A stretch of DNA of 64,000 nt from Squalus acanthias. Its lineage: Eukaryota. Position numbers and translations under genes: made by a program. This document shows positions 1 through 12,003 of the stretch, in pieces. Location of the stretch: assembly GCA_030390025.1 (NCBI GenBank), contig CM059438.1, positions 68,016,001 through 68,080,000 of the forward strand, read 5' to 3'. The notes beneath the pieces were generated by a model. That model ran no database searches and was not told where the DNA came from. It was given only the letters and a program-made list of their open reading frames with translations. How positions within the stretch are numbered: the stretch's first letter is position 1; every line of letters begins with the position of its first letter.

Positions 1-345
1 GCACAGAGGAAATCACCAATGTAAATGTTAATTCAAACATATACTGCTTTGGGTACCATTATGCATCACCATTATTTTTTTTAAATTGCTTTTCAGATAC
101 TGGCGTACTGTTTTAACTTTTATAATTCCACAATATTACATAATTTAAGTGAAAAGATGAGTCATTTTTAAAACTACACACGGGCCGGAATTTTCTGTAC
201 CTGGGCGGGTCGGGTGCGGGTGGTCGCTGTGGTGGGTCGCGATCCCGTTCGTCATTCCATCTCGCTCCTGAGATCGACTTTCCCTTAATGGCACCTATTA
301 AGGCAGCCCTGCGCGTTACCCGGCCCTATTAAATGGTGTGGGTCT

Positions 346-357
346 GATGACGTCATC
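346..357. promoter_or_regulatory. CRE palindrome upstream of the Harbinger Myb gene
   Basis: GATGACGTCATC; TGACGTCA is retained at the equivalent position 53629-53636. Confidence 0.4.
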
Positions 358-476
358 GATGACGCGTCTTCAGCCAGGATAATTAAAGAAGCCATGGCCA
401 CATTGCATGTGAAGGTTCATCTAGGATAGTGCAGGCACTGCACTGGACCATTGGAGTGTTGCAAAGACCAGCAAAC

Positions 477-1884
477 ATGACTGCACAGAGACAGAGCGCT
501 GCACCCAGGTTCTCAGATGACTCCCTCCATATGCTTGTGGAGGGAGTGAGAGCACGCAGGGAGGTCCTCTTCTCTTCCGATTGGCAGAAGAGACGTCCCC
601 ATCAGACCAAAGGAGCCTGGCTCCAAATAGCAGAGGAGGTCAACAGCAGGGATGTTGTCAGGAGGACCTGGGTGCAGTGCTGCAAATGTTTCAATGATCT
701 CATTAGATCAGGAAAGGTGAGTGCAAAGCCACACTCACCTCATCCTGCTGTGCCTCTCATCACATCCTCATCATTCTGCCTTCCCAACCCAATTCCTGCA
801 CATCATTACTTACACCAACATACCTTGCACGTCCACCCATCCCTCTCTCTCTATCTACAATATCACATCCCCATCTGACTAACCACCCCTCACACTCACC
901 CTCATCCTAATGCAATCATACCAACTAACAACACACAAGGAGGGCATTGGCACCACACTCCCTCATAGTCACCCTTTAAAGATGTAACCCACCCATTCCT
1001 TACACTCATTCCATCACTCTCACTCAACCTTCTCTTCTTTCCCTCCTTGCAGGAAAAGAGAGCCCACAATAAGAGGGAGAGGGAGAGAACCGGAGGTGGC
1101 CCTTCATCATTGGCCACCTTAACAGAAGCAGAGGAGGTCGCTCTGGAAGTATCAGGAGTTGCAGAGCAGCCGGCGGTGGGAGACAGAGAGAGGGGGACCT
1201 CTCAGCAACCTGGTGACAGAATTACATCTCATACAGCCACATGGCACACAGCAATCACTCATATGGGGACTGATGTCAGCAGCCAGTGAATGTTCATCAT
1301 GTGCATAATGGTATCTGTACCCATTCCTGATATGACATATCTAACTCTTCTCTTTACTGTCCCACAGGTCTATCAAGAGCACCCCACCCCCACTATCCAG
1401 GAAGAAGTGGAAGACGACTCCTCAAAGGAGCCTCCAGCCTCTGAGGGTGCAACGTCACCAGATAAAAGCGCACCCAGCACCAGTGCAGATACACACATCT
1501 TGGTGGGTGTAACGTGAGATAGAGTAGTGTTGTCACCTGGTGTCTCACAACTCACAAGTGAGTAAGAGCAGATGGTGGAGACAGGGACAGCAGTGGAGAC
1601 TCCTCGCCGGAGGGTGCAGGACTCTCCCAGCTCTGCTCAGCTGCATGCAGACGCTGAGCCTCGGGGGCCATCCAGAAAGAGGGCGATCTTGGAGGTCCAG
1701 CAAGAAGTGCAGGAGGCTTCAACAGGTTTTGCAACCACGATGCCTGCAAATGTGCAGAGAATGGAGGAGTTCATCTCCAACGTGAGCACCACCGTGTCGC
1801 AGACGATGGTGACTGTAGGCTCCTTCCATGGATAGGATGGGCACCTGCATGGAGCAGCTAATGCGCCACTCACAGGAACACATG
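477..1884 (+). pseudogene. Harbinger Myb/SANT-like DNA-binding gene, spliced (exon1 477-716, exon2 1053-1212, exon3 from 1368), disrupted
   Basis: Exon1 encodes APRFSDDSL..LVEGVRARREVLF..AWLQIAEEVN..RTWVQC.K.FNDL (Myb/SANT-like). Donor AAG|GTGAGT and polypyrimidine acceptors TTGCAG| and CCACAG| are present. Exon3 has stops and frameshifts and is cut by a MITE at 1885. Confidence 0.8.
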
Positions 1885-2626
1885 GGCCCAAAAATTAGTC
1901 TTGCTCCGCGAGAGTACGCACTGTGTACTCTCGCGTATTCTGTCTCCAATTGCCGGTTTTCTGCATGCACTGCGCATGCGCTGAAAACCGGCACTTGGTG
2001 ATTTCAAAAGGGGGCGGTTCCTAAGTGAACCGCGTGCGCGCTACAGGCTGCGCGCACGCAGTGCACTTAGTGCTTTGAACGCGCAGGTAAGCATGGAAGA
2101 TTTTGCACATAAAGAAAGGAGGCGTAAGACCCTCTTTTAACAAGGTAAGTAGTTAATTAAGTATTATTTTGAATTTTTTTCAACAGGTATATCTTTTTTA
2201 GAGACTTTAAAGAAAGGTAAGTTTATTTTTATAACTTTTTAAAAGATTTTAAAATTTTTCAAAAATTTAATTTTTTGTTTAAAGTGGTTAATTTATTTAA
2301 CTATACTTATTTTATTAATGTGATTTTTTTAAAAAAATTTAATTGAGGTTTAGCTGTTCTTTTGGGGGGGTATAGATTCATAGCTTTCACAGCCCTTGCT
2401 CTGAAAACTATGAATGAAAGATGGTGTGCTGCCATTGGCTGTAACTGAATCACGTGATCCCACAGCTCGCACGAATTAACTGCGCCTGTGGGATACGGAA
2501 GCACTGCACAGCTGCTGTCTAGAAACTCAAGTTCGTGCGAGCTCGGAATGAAAAGGCAGGCGCGCAGTGAGATATCGCGGGGAAGCCTTATCCCCGCACG
2601 AAGGCTCCGTCTTTAATTTCTGGGCC
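1885..2626 (+). mobile_element. Non-autonomous Harbinger-type MITE, family B copy 1
   Basis: TIRs GGCCCAAAAATT / AATTTCTGGGCC with 3-bp TSD ATG (1882-1884, 2627-2629). The empty site is visible in the paralogous copy at ~52110-52140 (-). Confidence 0.9.
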
Positions 2627-3200
2627 ATGGTCTCTATGGAGAATAGATGGTTATCTATGGAGAAAATTCCCCCCAAAGCTTTTATTTGTCTCTATACTTT
2701 TTAGCCTCAATGGTAGCATATGCTGTCAACTTGGGCCTTCCTCTATGTTTCTCAGTTTAAAAAAAAGTTGTCTCTTTCTGAATTAAGGTCTGGTGTTAGT
2801 TCTATCTGAACTGGGTCGCAGTTATTAAGAGGCACTAAGGACAAGTTGAAATTGCAATTATTTGGTATTGCAGATTCTATTGGAGAAGAGGACAGTTGTT
2901 GCATGTTCTCGTTATCTTTGTTGCATTTCATATGCCGATGTGATAATTTAAGTCTCACATTCTGCTGTCAGCAGTTGCAAAAAAAAATCCTGAGAAGAAC
3001 AGAAAAGAACAATTTTTTTTGCAGTGACCTTTTACATGATTGGGCTGTAAAGCTATTGGCGGTCGTGGAGTAAACGAACCATGGAATTGTACAACTAAGA
3101 TTACTGAGGGTGAGGGACACGTTCTAATGAATGAAGAAATCACATCTGTGAAGTCACAAGCAGCAATTTGCAGATGTCAAATTCTTTCAATCTTTCTTTC

Positions 3201-3312
3201 AGGAACAGGAGTCGGCCATTCATCCCCTCGGGCCTTTTCCGCCAATGATTTAGATCGTGGTTGATCTGTAGCTCAACTCCATTTACCCGCCTTTGATGCA
3301 CATCCCTTGATA
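3201..3312 (-). mobile_element. CR1 LINE 3' UTR fragment
   Basis: Similar to the CR1 3' ends at 13010-13110 and 34025-34095 (GGAGT.GGCCATTC..CCCCTCG.GCCT..). Confidence 0.6.
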
Positions 3313-3320
3313 AACTCGAT

Positions 3321-4058
3321 GGGGGAGAAATTTGGTATCGCCCCGTTTGGGGCGACTAAATTTTGAAAGCTGGAAAAATTAGCGCCAGGCGCTAATCATT
3401 CTCAGCTTTTGGTAACTTCAGTGTTAGCGCTCCAGGAAGGAAGTGGAGATCTAAATGAAGCGCTACCACTTCCCTTCAGGAGCAGTGGGGGGGGGGTGGT
3501 CAGTAGAGGTGCACAATGACCACTGCAGCGTTGCCGGGATCCGAGGGCTCCTTCCCTCCCTTAAAGGGAAGGGCCATCGCTGCAGGCTCTGCATTTGAAC
3601 GATCTCCCTCGTCGCCAACGACAGACGGGATCCTTGACGATCAGCCCCAAGCACTCCAACAGGGTGCAGGGCTGATCAATTGTGCCATTTAAACATTTTC
3701 AAAATGCACCCTAAAGGAAACACATTTCTACTGAAGACCAGTGGGCTTACCTTTAATTAGCGCTCCCGAAGCGCCCGGCCTCCCGAACAACGCCTCCTGC
3801 AGCTGTCGGTGTTATCGCCGGCAATGCTGCAGGGGGCGGAACCGAATTTCAGGTCCGGAGCGCTGCGCAGCCGGATGATGGCACGATCTCCGGCGCAGGA
3901 GGGCGTGGCGCTATGGGTTACCGCCGCCGCCACAAACCGCCAGGTGAATTTTGCGGGCGGTGGTGCTATCGCTGCGCCCGAGCGGTAAGTCGTTAGCCCC
4001 CCGTTATCACCCCCCAGAGGCACTAACAGGAGGCGCAAAGGAGGCGAATTTCTAGCCC
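3321..4058. mobile_element. GC-rich non-autonomous Harbinger-type element (family D)
   Basis: TIR-like ends GGGGGAGAAATT / AATTTCTAGCCC. Shares the palindrome ATTAGCGCCAGGCGCTAAT and subterminal sequence with 53831-55351. Confidence 0.65.
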
Positions 4059-4179
4059 ACTAGTATTTTTTATTTACAATGATCAGATAATTGCTGATAT
4101 TGTAACAAACTTAGTTCGTGCTGATAGTGTTTAGGGAAGTCAGTGGTAGGGAATAGAAGCTTTCCATTTCTGGTACCCT

Positions 4180-5528
4180 GGCCGGAATTTTCCTTACTTT
4201 GGTGGGTCTGGTGCAGCCAGTGTCCATGGCGGGTCCCAAACCCACTGCTGGCTCCAGCCCGCTGTGCAAAATGAACTTACCTTAGTGGGGCTTATTAAGC
4301 CCGCCCAGTGCGTTACCCAGCCCAATTAGATGAAGTGGGTCTGGTGATGTCATTCATGACACGTTTTCAGCCGGGATTCTTAAAGGAACCCTGGCCACAT
4401 TAAATTTTAAGTTTAATCTAACGTAGTGGGTGTTAAATCTTTACTGTACAATAATATAATAAAAGTTATATACGAGCGACAAAGAAATATTTAAATAAAA
4501 TTTTCATTAAATAGTATGACTCCATCTACAAATACGATCAAGCACATAATTAAAAAAGTACATTAATTGGGAAGTTATTGGTGCTTTAGTCATGAATCTA
4601 TAGACTTTTGTATCAGTAACTGGCACAAATAAAAGATGTGTGTGTATAGGTAAGACATAAAATTAAGCAGATTTTAAATGTAATTGTAAAGGGGTGGACT
4701 TACAATCTTAGGCAAGTTCAGCGGAAGAGCTGCGGAATCCCTGACAAACAGTGTAAGTGGTGCTTACAATGTGTTTCTGGGATTTTTGCAACTCTTCCAT
4801 TGACGTTAACAATGGACAAGTGAGAGAACCTCTGCAGAAATTCACCCTAAGCTCTCAGACTGAAAAATTAAATTTGTCATATTCAGAGACTGAAAGCAAA
4901 TTGAACCAGTGGGATGAGTGATGAAAATGAAATTGTTACGGTTGATGACTTGATTTATTCTGTAACTGGACAATCACAGGATACTGTGAGAAAAACCTGA
5001 CCAGAAACAACACAACAATTTATTTAAATGGTATATGTCATTTTTTATAGTGCAGATCAATTCACTGCAATTACTGAAGGCAACAGCTGAGAATAGCCAG
5101 TGAAAAATTAACATTTACCAGTAGCTTTTCCAGTAGTACAGAATCTCCATCAATCTGTTAGCTGATGTAATCAACATGTTTTCATTTTGGTTTGTTTTCC
5201 ATGCTGTCAAGTAATCAGCTGGAGCAATGGCCATGGAACTCCCGCCTCAGATTGACAGACACGGTTCCTGAGCTGCGTGAATCCCGTGGCCATGCGGGGA
5301 AATTTAAAAAGTAGGGGGAAAAAGGCTCTTAAGTGCCTGTAAAGTACCTCATAATGATTTCAATTGGGCTCCCCGCCGCTACAGGCTCCATGTTGACAGA
5401 CGTGCCTGTGGGAAAGGCACGTGGGAGCGAGTTGACAGTGGGTTCCTGACCCGCTATCAAAAAAAAACAACTTTCCCACCCGACCCACCACTGATCGCGC
5501 CCACTGCCACCACAGAAAATTCAGCCCC
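4180..5528. mobile_element. Degenerate Harbinger terminal sequences (left end 4180-~4420, right end ~5210-5528), possibly one element
   Basis: 4180-4420 resembles 183-425 (GGCCGGAATTTTC...). 5210-5528 resembles the reverse complement of 49596-49880 and ends CAGAAAATTCAGCCCC. A small TIR-bounded insert lies at ~4691-4847. Confidence 0.5.
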
Positions 5529-5571
5529 CAGTGTCAGCATTGTGCACTCCCAGATATGTTGCATGGTCAGT

Positions 5572-5731
5572 AGACAGATTTTTGAATGATAAGGGAGTCA
5601 AGGGTTATGGGGAGCGGGCAGGGAAGTGGAGTTGAGGCCAAGATCAGAACAGCCATGATCTTATTGAAAGGCGGAGCAGGCTCGAGGGCGAAATGACCTA
5701 CTCCTGCTCCTATGTCTTATGTTCTTATGTT
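5572..5731 (+). mobile_element. CR1 LINE 3' end
   Basis: Matches 38012-38170 and ends in an ATGTTCTT-type tandem tail. Confidence 0.8.
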
Positions 5732-6225
5732 CCAGAGTGAGGCTCCCTCTTCTCTGCTCCGGCAGTATCCCTCAGCCCCAAAAGTAGAAAAGCACTTATT
5801 AGAGGACATTTTCACCACAGGCACCAGTGGCCCAGTGTCCTCTGAGCGAGATTGCCAATTATTGCTAATTAATAATTTTGCGGGTACATACCTGCGAAGA
5901 ACTAGATTAAGACAAGCCTCAAGCTCAGAAGTCATGGGGGGGCGGGGGGATTTTAACAGGCAAGAACGAGTGGGTTGGGATCGGTGCGCTGTTAAATTCA
6001 GAGAAAAAAGAATTGCGATCGCAGCCTGGCTCCAATGTGCCGACTTTTGGGTTTCACCGAGTCATGTTTGGCTGCGTGTGAGTAACCTGCCATCATTAGC
6101 GCAGGTGGGTGGGCAATGAAGCCATCATTGAAGGTAAATGCCTTTTGACATGAATTTAACTTCCCTTCCGATTTAACACCTCCAGCACGGGTTTCCCAGG
6201 GCTCCCGAAACCTCCTTCTCGTCTG

Positions 6226-6758
6226 TGTAATATATGTGGGTGGAACAAATAAAGGACAGAGACACGATGAGTCACTAGTCAAGGTGCTTGCTTTACTAGG
6301 CCAGAGCGAACTGAGCATGCTCATACTAAACCATGTGACAACCCATGCGATAATACATTACACTGCTTTCCCCTCAAAAAAAATGTACATATTCTCCTCT
6401 CAAATACAACAAAACTATGGTCCACCTTTCCCAGCATTACATGTACCACATAACAAAAACTCCTGGCTTTTTTTCTTTTAAATCAACTACAAATGCTGCA
6501 AATGAACTTCAAATCCAGTTTAATAACAGGTTTGCTGATCCTTCATGATCTCCTCACAGAAGTTTCTGGTGTCGAATCAATTTTCGGGCTGTTTCGTTCT
6601 GGTTCCGAACTCAAAGAAGCCCACTCATTTTTCAGATTATGAACACTTTGTTCTATCTTGGACTTTACCCACTTCTGGTTTGAAATTACTCAGTGCTATT
6701 TCCTAGGAACAGGTTTGTGTTTCTAAACATATTTGCTACAAATGCTGCTGATTAATTG
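6226..6758 (-). mobile_element. Gypsy-like LTR retrotransposon remnant: integrase C-terminus, polypurine tract and 137-bp 3' LTR (6226-6362)
   Basis: The minus strand reads ..ETSVRRS*RISKPVIKLDL, typical of a Gypsy pol C-terminus. A purine tract GAGGGGAAAGCAG (6363-6375) abuts a segment with TGTAAT..ATTACA inverted termini. Confidence 0.55.
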
Positions 6759-6765
6759 CAACCTG

Positions 6766-7221
6766 AGCCATTCAGTGGGTAGCACTCTCGCCTCTGAGTC
6801 AGAAGGTTGTGGGTTCTAGTCCCACTCCAGGGACTTGAGTGCAAGAATCTAGGCTGACACTCCAGTGCAGTACTGAGGGAGCGCGGCACTGTCGGAGGGG
6901 CCATCTTTCAGATGAGACGTTAAACTGAGGCCCCGTCTGCTCTCAGGTGGATGTGAAAGATCCCATGGCACTATTTCGAAGAAGAGCAGGGAGTTATCCC
7001 TGGCGTCCTGGCGAATATTTATCCCTCAATCAACATAACAAAAACAGATTATCTGGTCATTATCACATTGCTGTTTGTGGGAGCTTGCTGTGCGCAAATT
7101 GGCTGCCGCGTTTCCCACATTACAACAGTGACTACACTTCAAAAAGTACTTCATTGGTTGTAAAGCGCTTTCAGACGTCCGGTGGTCGTGAAAGAGCTAT
7201 ATAAATGCAAGTCTTTCTTTT
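6766..7221 (+). mobile_element. tRNA-derived Deu-SINE-like SINE (SacSINE1-like) with L2-type tail
   Basis: A/B-box-like head (CAGTGGGTAGCAC..GGGTTCTAGTCCC), tail GCTATATAAATGCAAGTCTTTCTTTT, 7-bp TSD CAACCTG (6759-6765, 7222-7228). Several copies in the window. Confidence 0.85.
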
Positions 7222-7646
7222 CAACCTGGAGTCTCCCAAGAGAAAGTACATTTTTCCTCTCGTCTCCCTCAAAGTTAGACCCAATTCTGGCATATTGAAC
7301 TTCAGCACCTTGCAGACCAAAAAAATGCACCTTGATACCTAAAATTTTAAACCTAAATCAGTTTGCAAAGTCAGTTGTACTCACATGATCACACGTGAAC
7401 TGATACAGGTCAAGATCTGACTGGTTTGATGGTGGCTGCTCTTTGGGCCTCTCTCCTGCAATTTTGCTTCTTTGTGGACTCATTGCTCTCCTGCTCTAAA
7501 CAGGACCCAGTGCTCTTCTGCGATGTTACTCTGACCTTGACCTGGACCTGCTGCCCTCCCATTATACTGGCTGCTTCTACTTCTTGCTCCATTGGCTTTA
7601 CCTGTTTAAATTTCAGGGGCTTGTCAGTTGTGGAATGAGTTATAAT

Positions 7647-8400
7647 GGGCCACAAATTGCGGTCGGAGGCGTTCCTCCAGAGGACGCCTCCGACCCGCGA
7701 AAGAATTACGAACCTACCTCATGGTGGCGAGGCTGCGAAAACTTGCAGTCTGAGTCCTCGAGGTGGAGGGCAGCGTAATGGCCCAGGGATCCCAGAGACG
7801 CAGGCGGTGCGCAAGCGTACCTGGGATCTCGTGGGCCTGGTCCTCCAATCACAAAACAGAATTCCATTTTAATCATTTCCGAAAGGAATCCCGTAATGAG
7901 ATGTAATGGAATCCCGAAATCTAATCTATTTACAATTTACAGAATTGGAATTTTTCTCGTAATTACCTTCATTCCACCAACCCCACTAAAAATTTAATTT
8001 TCTGATAATTTTAGACATCATTAAAACTCTAATCCAGGCCAATATTTGCAGAAACTCATTTGATACCATGTATGCGTATAATTTACGATCTGATAATGTT
8101 TAATTAATGCCTTAGATATCCCCTTACGCTGATGCAAACAGGCCCATTGCCTATTTGCATCAACCGTAACATTTCCGTGCGCAATTGCTGGCCAGTCGGT
8201 GGGCAAATAACCCCAACTCCGCACCAGCGATTGCTTTTTTGTGACCCGCGCTGATGGCCTGTCAATGCATCCGTTGACACACCACAAGTTCTGGATTTCG
8301 CGCAAGTGCATACGGAAATCCCGAACTTGTGGTGGATTTCAAAGGAGGTATGGCACGTACTCTGAGAGTAAGCTGCCATACCGACCTCAAAATCCGGGCC
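7647..8400 (-). mobile_element. Non-autonomous Harbinger-type MITE, family C
   Basis: TIRs GGGCCACAAATT / AAATCCGGGCC, flanks AAT/ATT. Collinear with 35162-35921 and with the reverse complement of 34101-34668. Confidence 0.8.
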
Positions 8401-10289
8401 ATTGTCTGCACTGCTGTGGGTGAATAAACCCCAAGTCTTGGGGATTTATGGAATTCCAACAGCAGTAGAGCGAGAGGGAGGTGAAGCCAGTACCACAGGA
8501 GAACAGTGCAGATTAGTATTTTAAATTTAGGAAAAAAAATGAATGCCCAGATTGATGAAGTGTACATTATAAACGTGATAAAAAGGCAATGAGAGGCATT
8601 TCTAGATTGAAAAGGGATTGATGGATATGGTGAGTAGATTTGGGGTGGGGTGGGGTGTGGTGGTTGAGATCTACCATAAGGCATTGACTTGTTGGGTATA
8701 ACTGAATTTTCCTGTTTGTGAAAACTCTATTGTAAACCCCACACATGTGACTGACCACTTTGTTACACTACTGACCACCATGCTATGTTATTGACAACTG
8801 TGTTCCTGATCGCCGTATTACTTATCACCGTGTTACTGATCACGGTGTTACTGATCGCCATGTTACTGACCGCAGTGTTACTGATCACTGTGTTACTGAT
8901 CGACGTGTTACTGACCGCAGTGTTACTGATCACTGTGTTACTGATCGCCGTGTTACTGACCGCAGTTTTACTGATCACTGTGTTACTGATCACCGTGTTA
9001 CTGCCGGCATTGTTACTGATCACTGTGTTACTGATCGCCGTGTTACTGACCGCAGTGTTACTGATCACTGTGTTACTGATCGCCGTGTTACTGACCGGAG
9101 TGTTACTGATCACTGTGTTACTGATCACCGTGTTACTGACCGCAGTGTTACTGATCACTGTGTTACTGATCGCCGTGTTACTGACCGCAGTGTTACTGAT
9201 CGCCGTATTACTGATCACCGTGTTACTGATAACTGTGTTACTGATCGCCGTGTTACTGATCGCCGTGTTACTGACCGCCGTGTTACTGACCGCTGTGTTA
9301 CTGACCGCTGTGTTACTGACCGCCGTGTTACTGATCGGTGTGTTACTGACCACTGTGTTACTGACCGCCGTATTACTGACCACTGTGTTACTGACCACTG
9401 TGTTACTGATCACCGTGTTACTGACCACTGTGTTACTGACCACCGTGTTACTGACCACTGTGTTACTGACCACTGTGTTATTGACCACTGTGTTACTGAC
9501 TGCCATGTTATTGACCGCTGTGTTAATGACCGCCGTGTTACTAACCACTGTGTTACTGACCGCCATGTTATTGACCGCTGTGTTACTGACCACTGTGTTA
9601 CTGACCACTGTGTTATTGACCACCGTGTTACTGACCACTGTGTTATTGACCGCCGTGTTACTGACTGCCATGTTATTGACCGCTGTGTTACTGACCGCCG
9701 TGTTACTGACCACTGTGTTATTGACCACCGTGTTACTGACCACTGTGTTATTGACTGCCGTGTTACTGACCACTGTGTTACTGACCACTGTGTTACTGAC
9801 CACCGTGTTAATGACCACCGTGTTACTGACCGCCGTGTTACTGACCACCGTGTTATTGACCACCATGTTACTGACTGCCGTGTTACTGACCACCGTGTTA
9901 CTGACCACTGTGATACTGACCACCGTGTTACTGACCACCGTGATACTGACTGCTGTATTACTGACCACTGTGTTACTGACCACTGTGTTACTGACACTGT
10001 GGGGGCAATTTTCTCACTGGTGGCGAGATGGAGGCGGGTTTCAGTTTGGGTGGGTTTGAAGCTCGCCTCCACTGATAGGTTTCAAAAATTTGCGATTTTC
10101 CCATGATTGTCCACTTGCTTTCAGAGGTGCGGGATGCCTTGCTCAATTAGTGTTTTGAGACTGAAACTCGCCTCTGTTGACAGCACTTTTCCAGTCTAAT
10201 TTTATGGCTTCTTGCTCCCTTGGCTCATTCCACAGCAGTTCTGCTTCTCCTGCACCACCTCCAACATCTTTTGAGATACGTATATCTAA

Positions 10290-10462
10290 TTCCAAGGCAA
10301 GGGCCTACCCGAGGCTCTCAGATGAGGCGCTGCAAATGTTGTTTGAGGGGGTGAGAACTAGCATGGAGGTGCTCTTCTACTCATCTCGGAGGAAGAAGCC
10401 TGCCAAAGAAACCAAGGCTGTGTGGGTACAGCTGGCAAGGGATATAAGCTCCAGATCTGTGC
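10290..10462 (+). pseudogene. Truncated Harbinger Myb/SANT exon
   Basis: RAYPRLSDEALQMLFEGVR..EVLF..KKPAKETKAVWVQLARDISSRSV aligns by eye with the exon at 477-716, then breaks off. Confidence 0.7.
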
Positions 10463-10697
10463 GCAGATTGGGAGACTGTTTCTGTGTATTGATGAAATGC
10501 CATCCCTGTAAAATTATTTGAAGCCAAAATGTTGGCGTTATGCCATCTGTACTTTCGCCTTAGGCAGCTCCACATTGCGGGCAACGCCACACTTGCGTTG
10601 TCAGGTTGGTGGCCTGAGTGAAAGGAGGCCAGAGAGTCATGTCCATTGTCAATGATGTCCTAGGATGGAGCCAAGGACATGTGCCAACTTGGGCAAC

Positions 10698-12003
10698 CTA
10701 TGCAAATCTGGCCAGGGTAAGTTCATCCCTTGCATCCCGGGCAGCCATGTGCTCGCATGCTGCTGCTGCCGCTGGTCGATACACCGGCGCTCTGACCTCC
10801 TCCTGCTCCTCCTCCTCCTGCTGCTCCTCCTCTCCTCCAGATCCTCCTCCTCCTCCTCAGCCTCCTCCTCCTCTTCCTCATCCTCATCCTTATCCTCATC
10901 TGAGGAGGGCTGGAACTGAGCCGCTTGCTCATCAGGAAGCTGCAAGCCACGACGCTGTGCGATTTTGTGCAGTGTACAGCAGACCACGACCATTCTGGAG
11001 ACCCTGTATGTTGTATACTGCAGGGCTCCACCTGATCGGTCAAGGAAACGGAAGTGCATCTTCAATAACCCAATGGTTTGCTCTGTGATGGATCTGGTCG
11101 AAGTGTGGCTGATGTTGTTTTGCTCTTCAGCCTTGTTTGCTGGCCTCCTGATCGGCGTCATTAGCCACTTCTTCAGGGGATAACCTTTGTCACCAAGGAG
11201 CCACCCGTTAAGTTGGTTTGGTGGATTGAAAAGCAGAGGAATACTAGAGTGCCGCAGGATGAAAGAGTCATGGCAACTTCCACAGAACTTGGCCGCAAAC
11301 ATGCAAGAATTCCTTTTTTGTGGTTACACACCAGCTGAACGTTGAGGGAGTGGAAGCCCTTTCGGTTGACAAAGATAGCTGGGTTGTGATGGGGTGCCCT
11401 TAGGGCCACAAGTGTGCAGTCTATGACGCCCTGCACCATTGGCATGCCTGCCATATTTGCGAATCCAACCGAACGGGCGGTTGTACTTGCGTGATCCCTT
11501 GTGAACTGGATGTAATTGTGGGCCTTAGCAAAAAGGGCATCGGTAACCTGTGTGATGCAACTGTGGGTGGCTGACTGGGAGATGCTGCTGATGTCTGCTG
11601 ATGATCCCTGGAAGGAGCCTGAGGCAAAGAAGTTGAGTGCGGTGGTGACTTTGACAGCCACTGGTAAGGGGTGTCCTCCCCTTCCTCTGGGCACCGGGTC
11701 TTGCTGCAGCAGGCCGCAGATCTCTCGGACAACCTCTCGCGAAAGTCTCAGCCTCCTTTGGCACTGCTGCTCACTCATGTTGAGGTAGCTCATCCTTTGT
11801 CTGTAAACCCTCTGTCGGGGGTATCTCCTGCAGTGAGGTGCCTCGATGCGCTGGTGCCTTCTGCCCTGTGCAGCATCAGGTGGCTGAGCAGAAGGTTGGG
11901 GCTCCTGCTGCTGTTGCAGCTGAGCTGCCTGGTTCTGCTGTTGCCCTGGATGGTCCTCATCCTCATCTGAGATCCATGCAGAAAGAAAACGAATGGTTCC
12001 CAT
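10698..12003 (-). pseudogene. Harbinger DDE transposase (HARBI1-like family), frameshifted
   Basis: Motifs [66 protein letters not shown]. Frameshift near 11300 and another in the acidic repeat tract before the [11 protein letters not shown] ending. Confidence 0.9.

Larger units (their letters stand above)
183..2674 (+). mobile_element. PIF/Harbinger transposon, deleted copy (Myb-gene end only), same family as 49596-53801
   Basis: Left end GGCCGGAATTTTCTGTACCTGGGCGGGTCGGGTGCGGGTGG is the near-exact reverse complement of 53761-53801. Collinear with ~52100-53801. Ends at a TIR-like AGAAAATTCCCCCC (2661-2674); no clean TSD. Confidence 0.85.

Noticed and set aside
2680..2960. Minus-strand peptide remnant containing KHRGRPK (AT-hook-like)
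   Set aside because: Short, frameshifted and without splice support. It may be an old transposase tail but cannot be supported.
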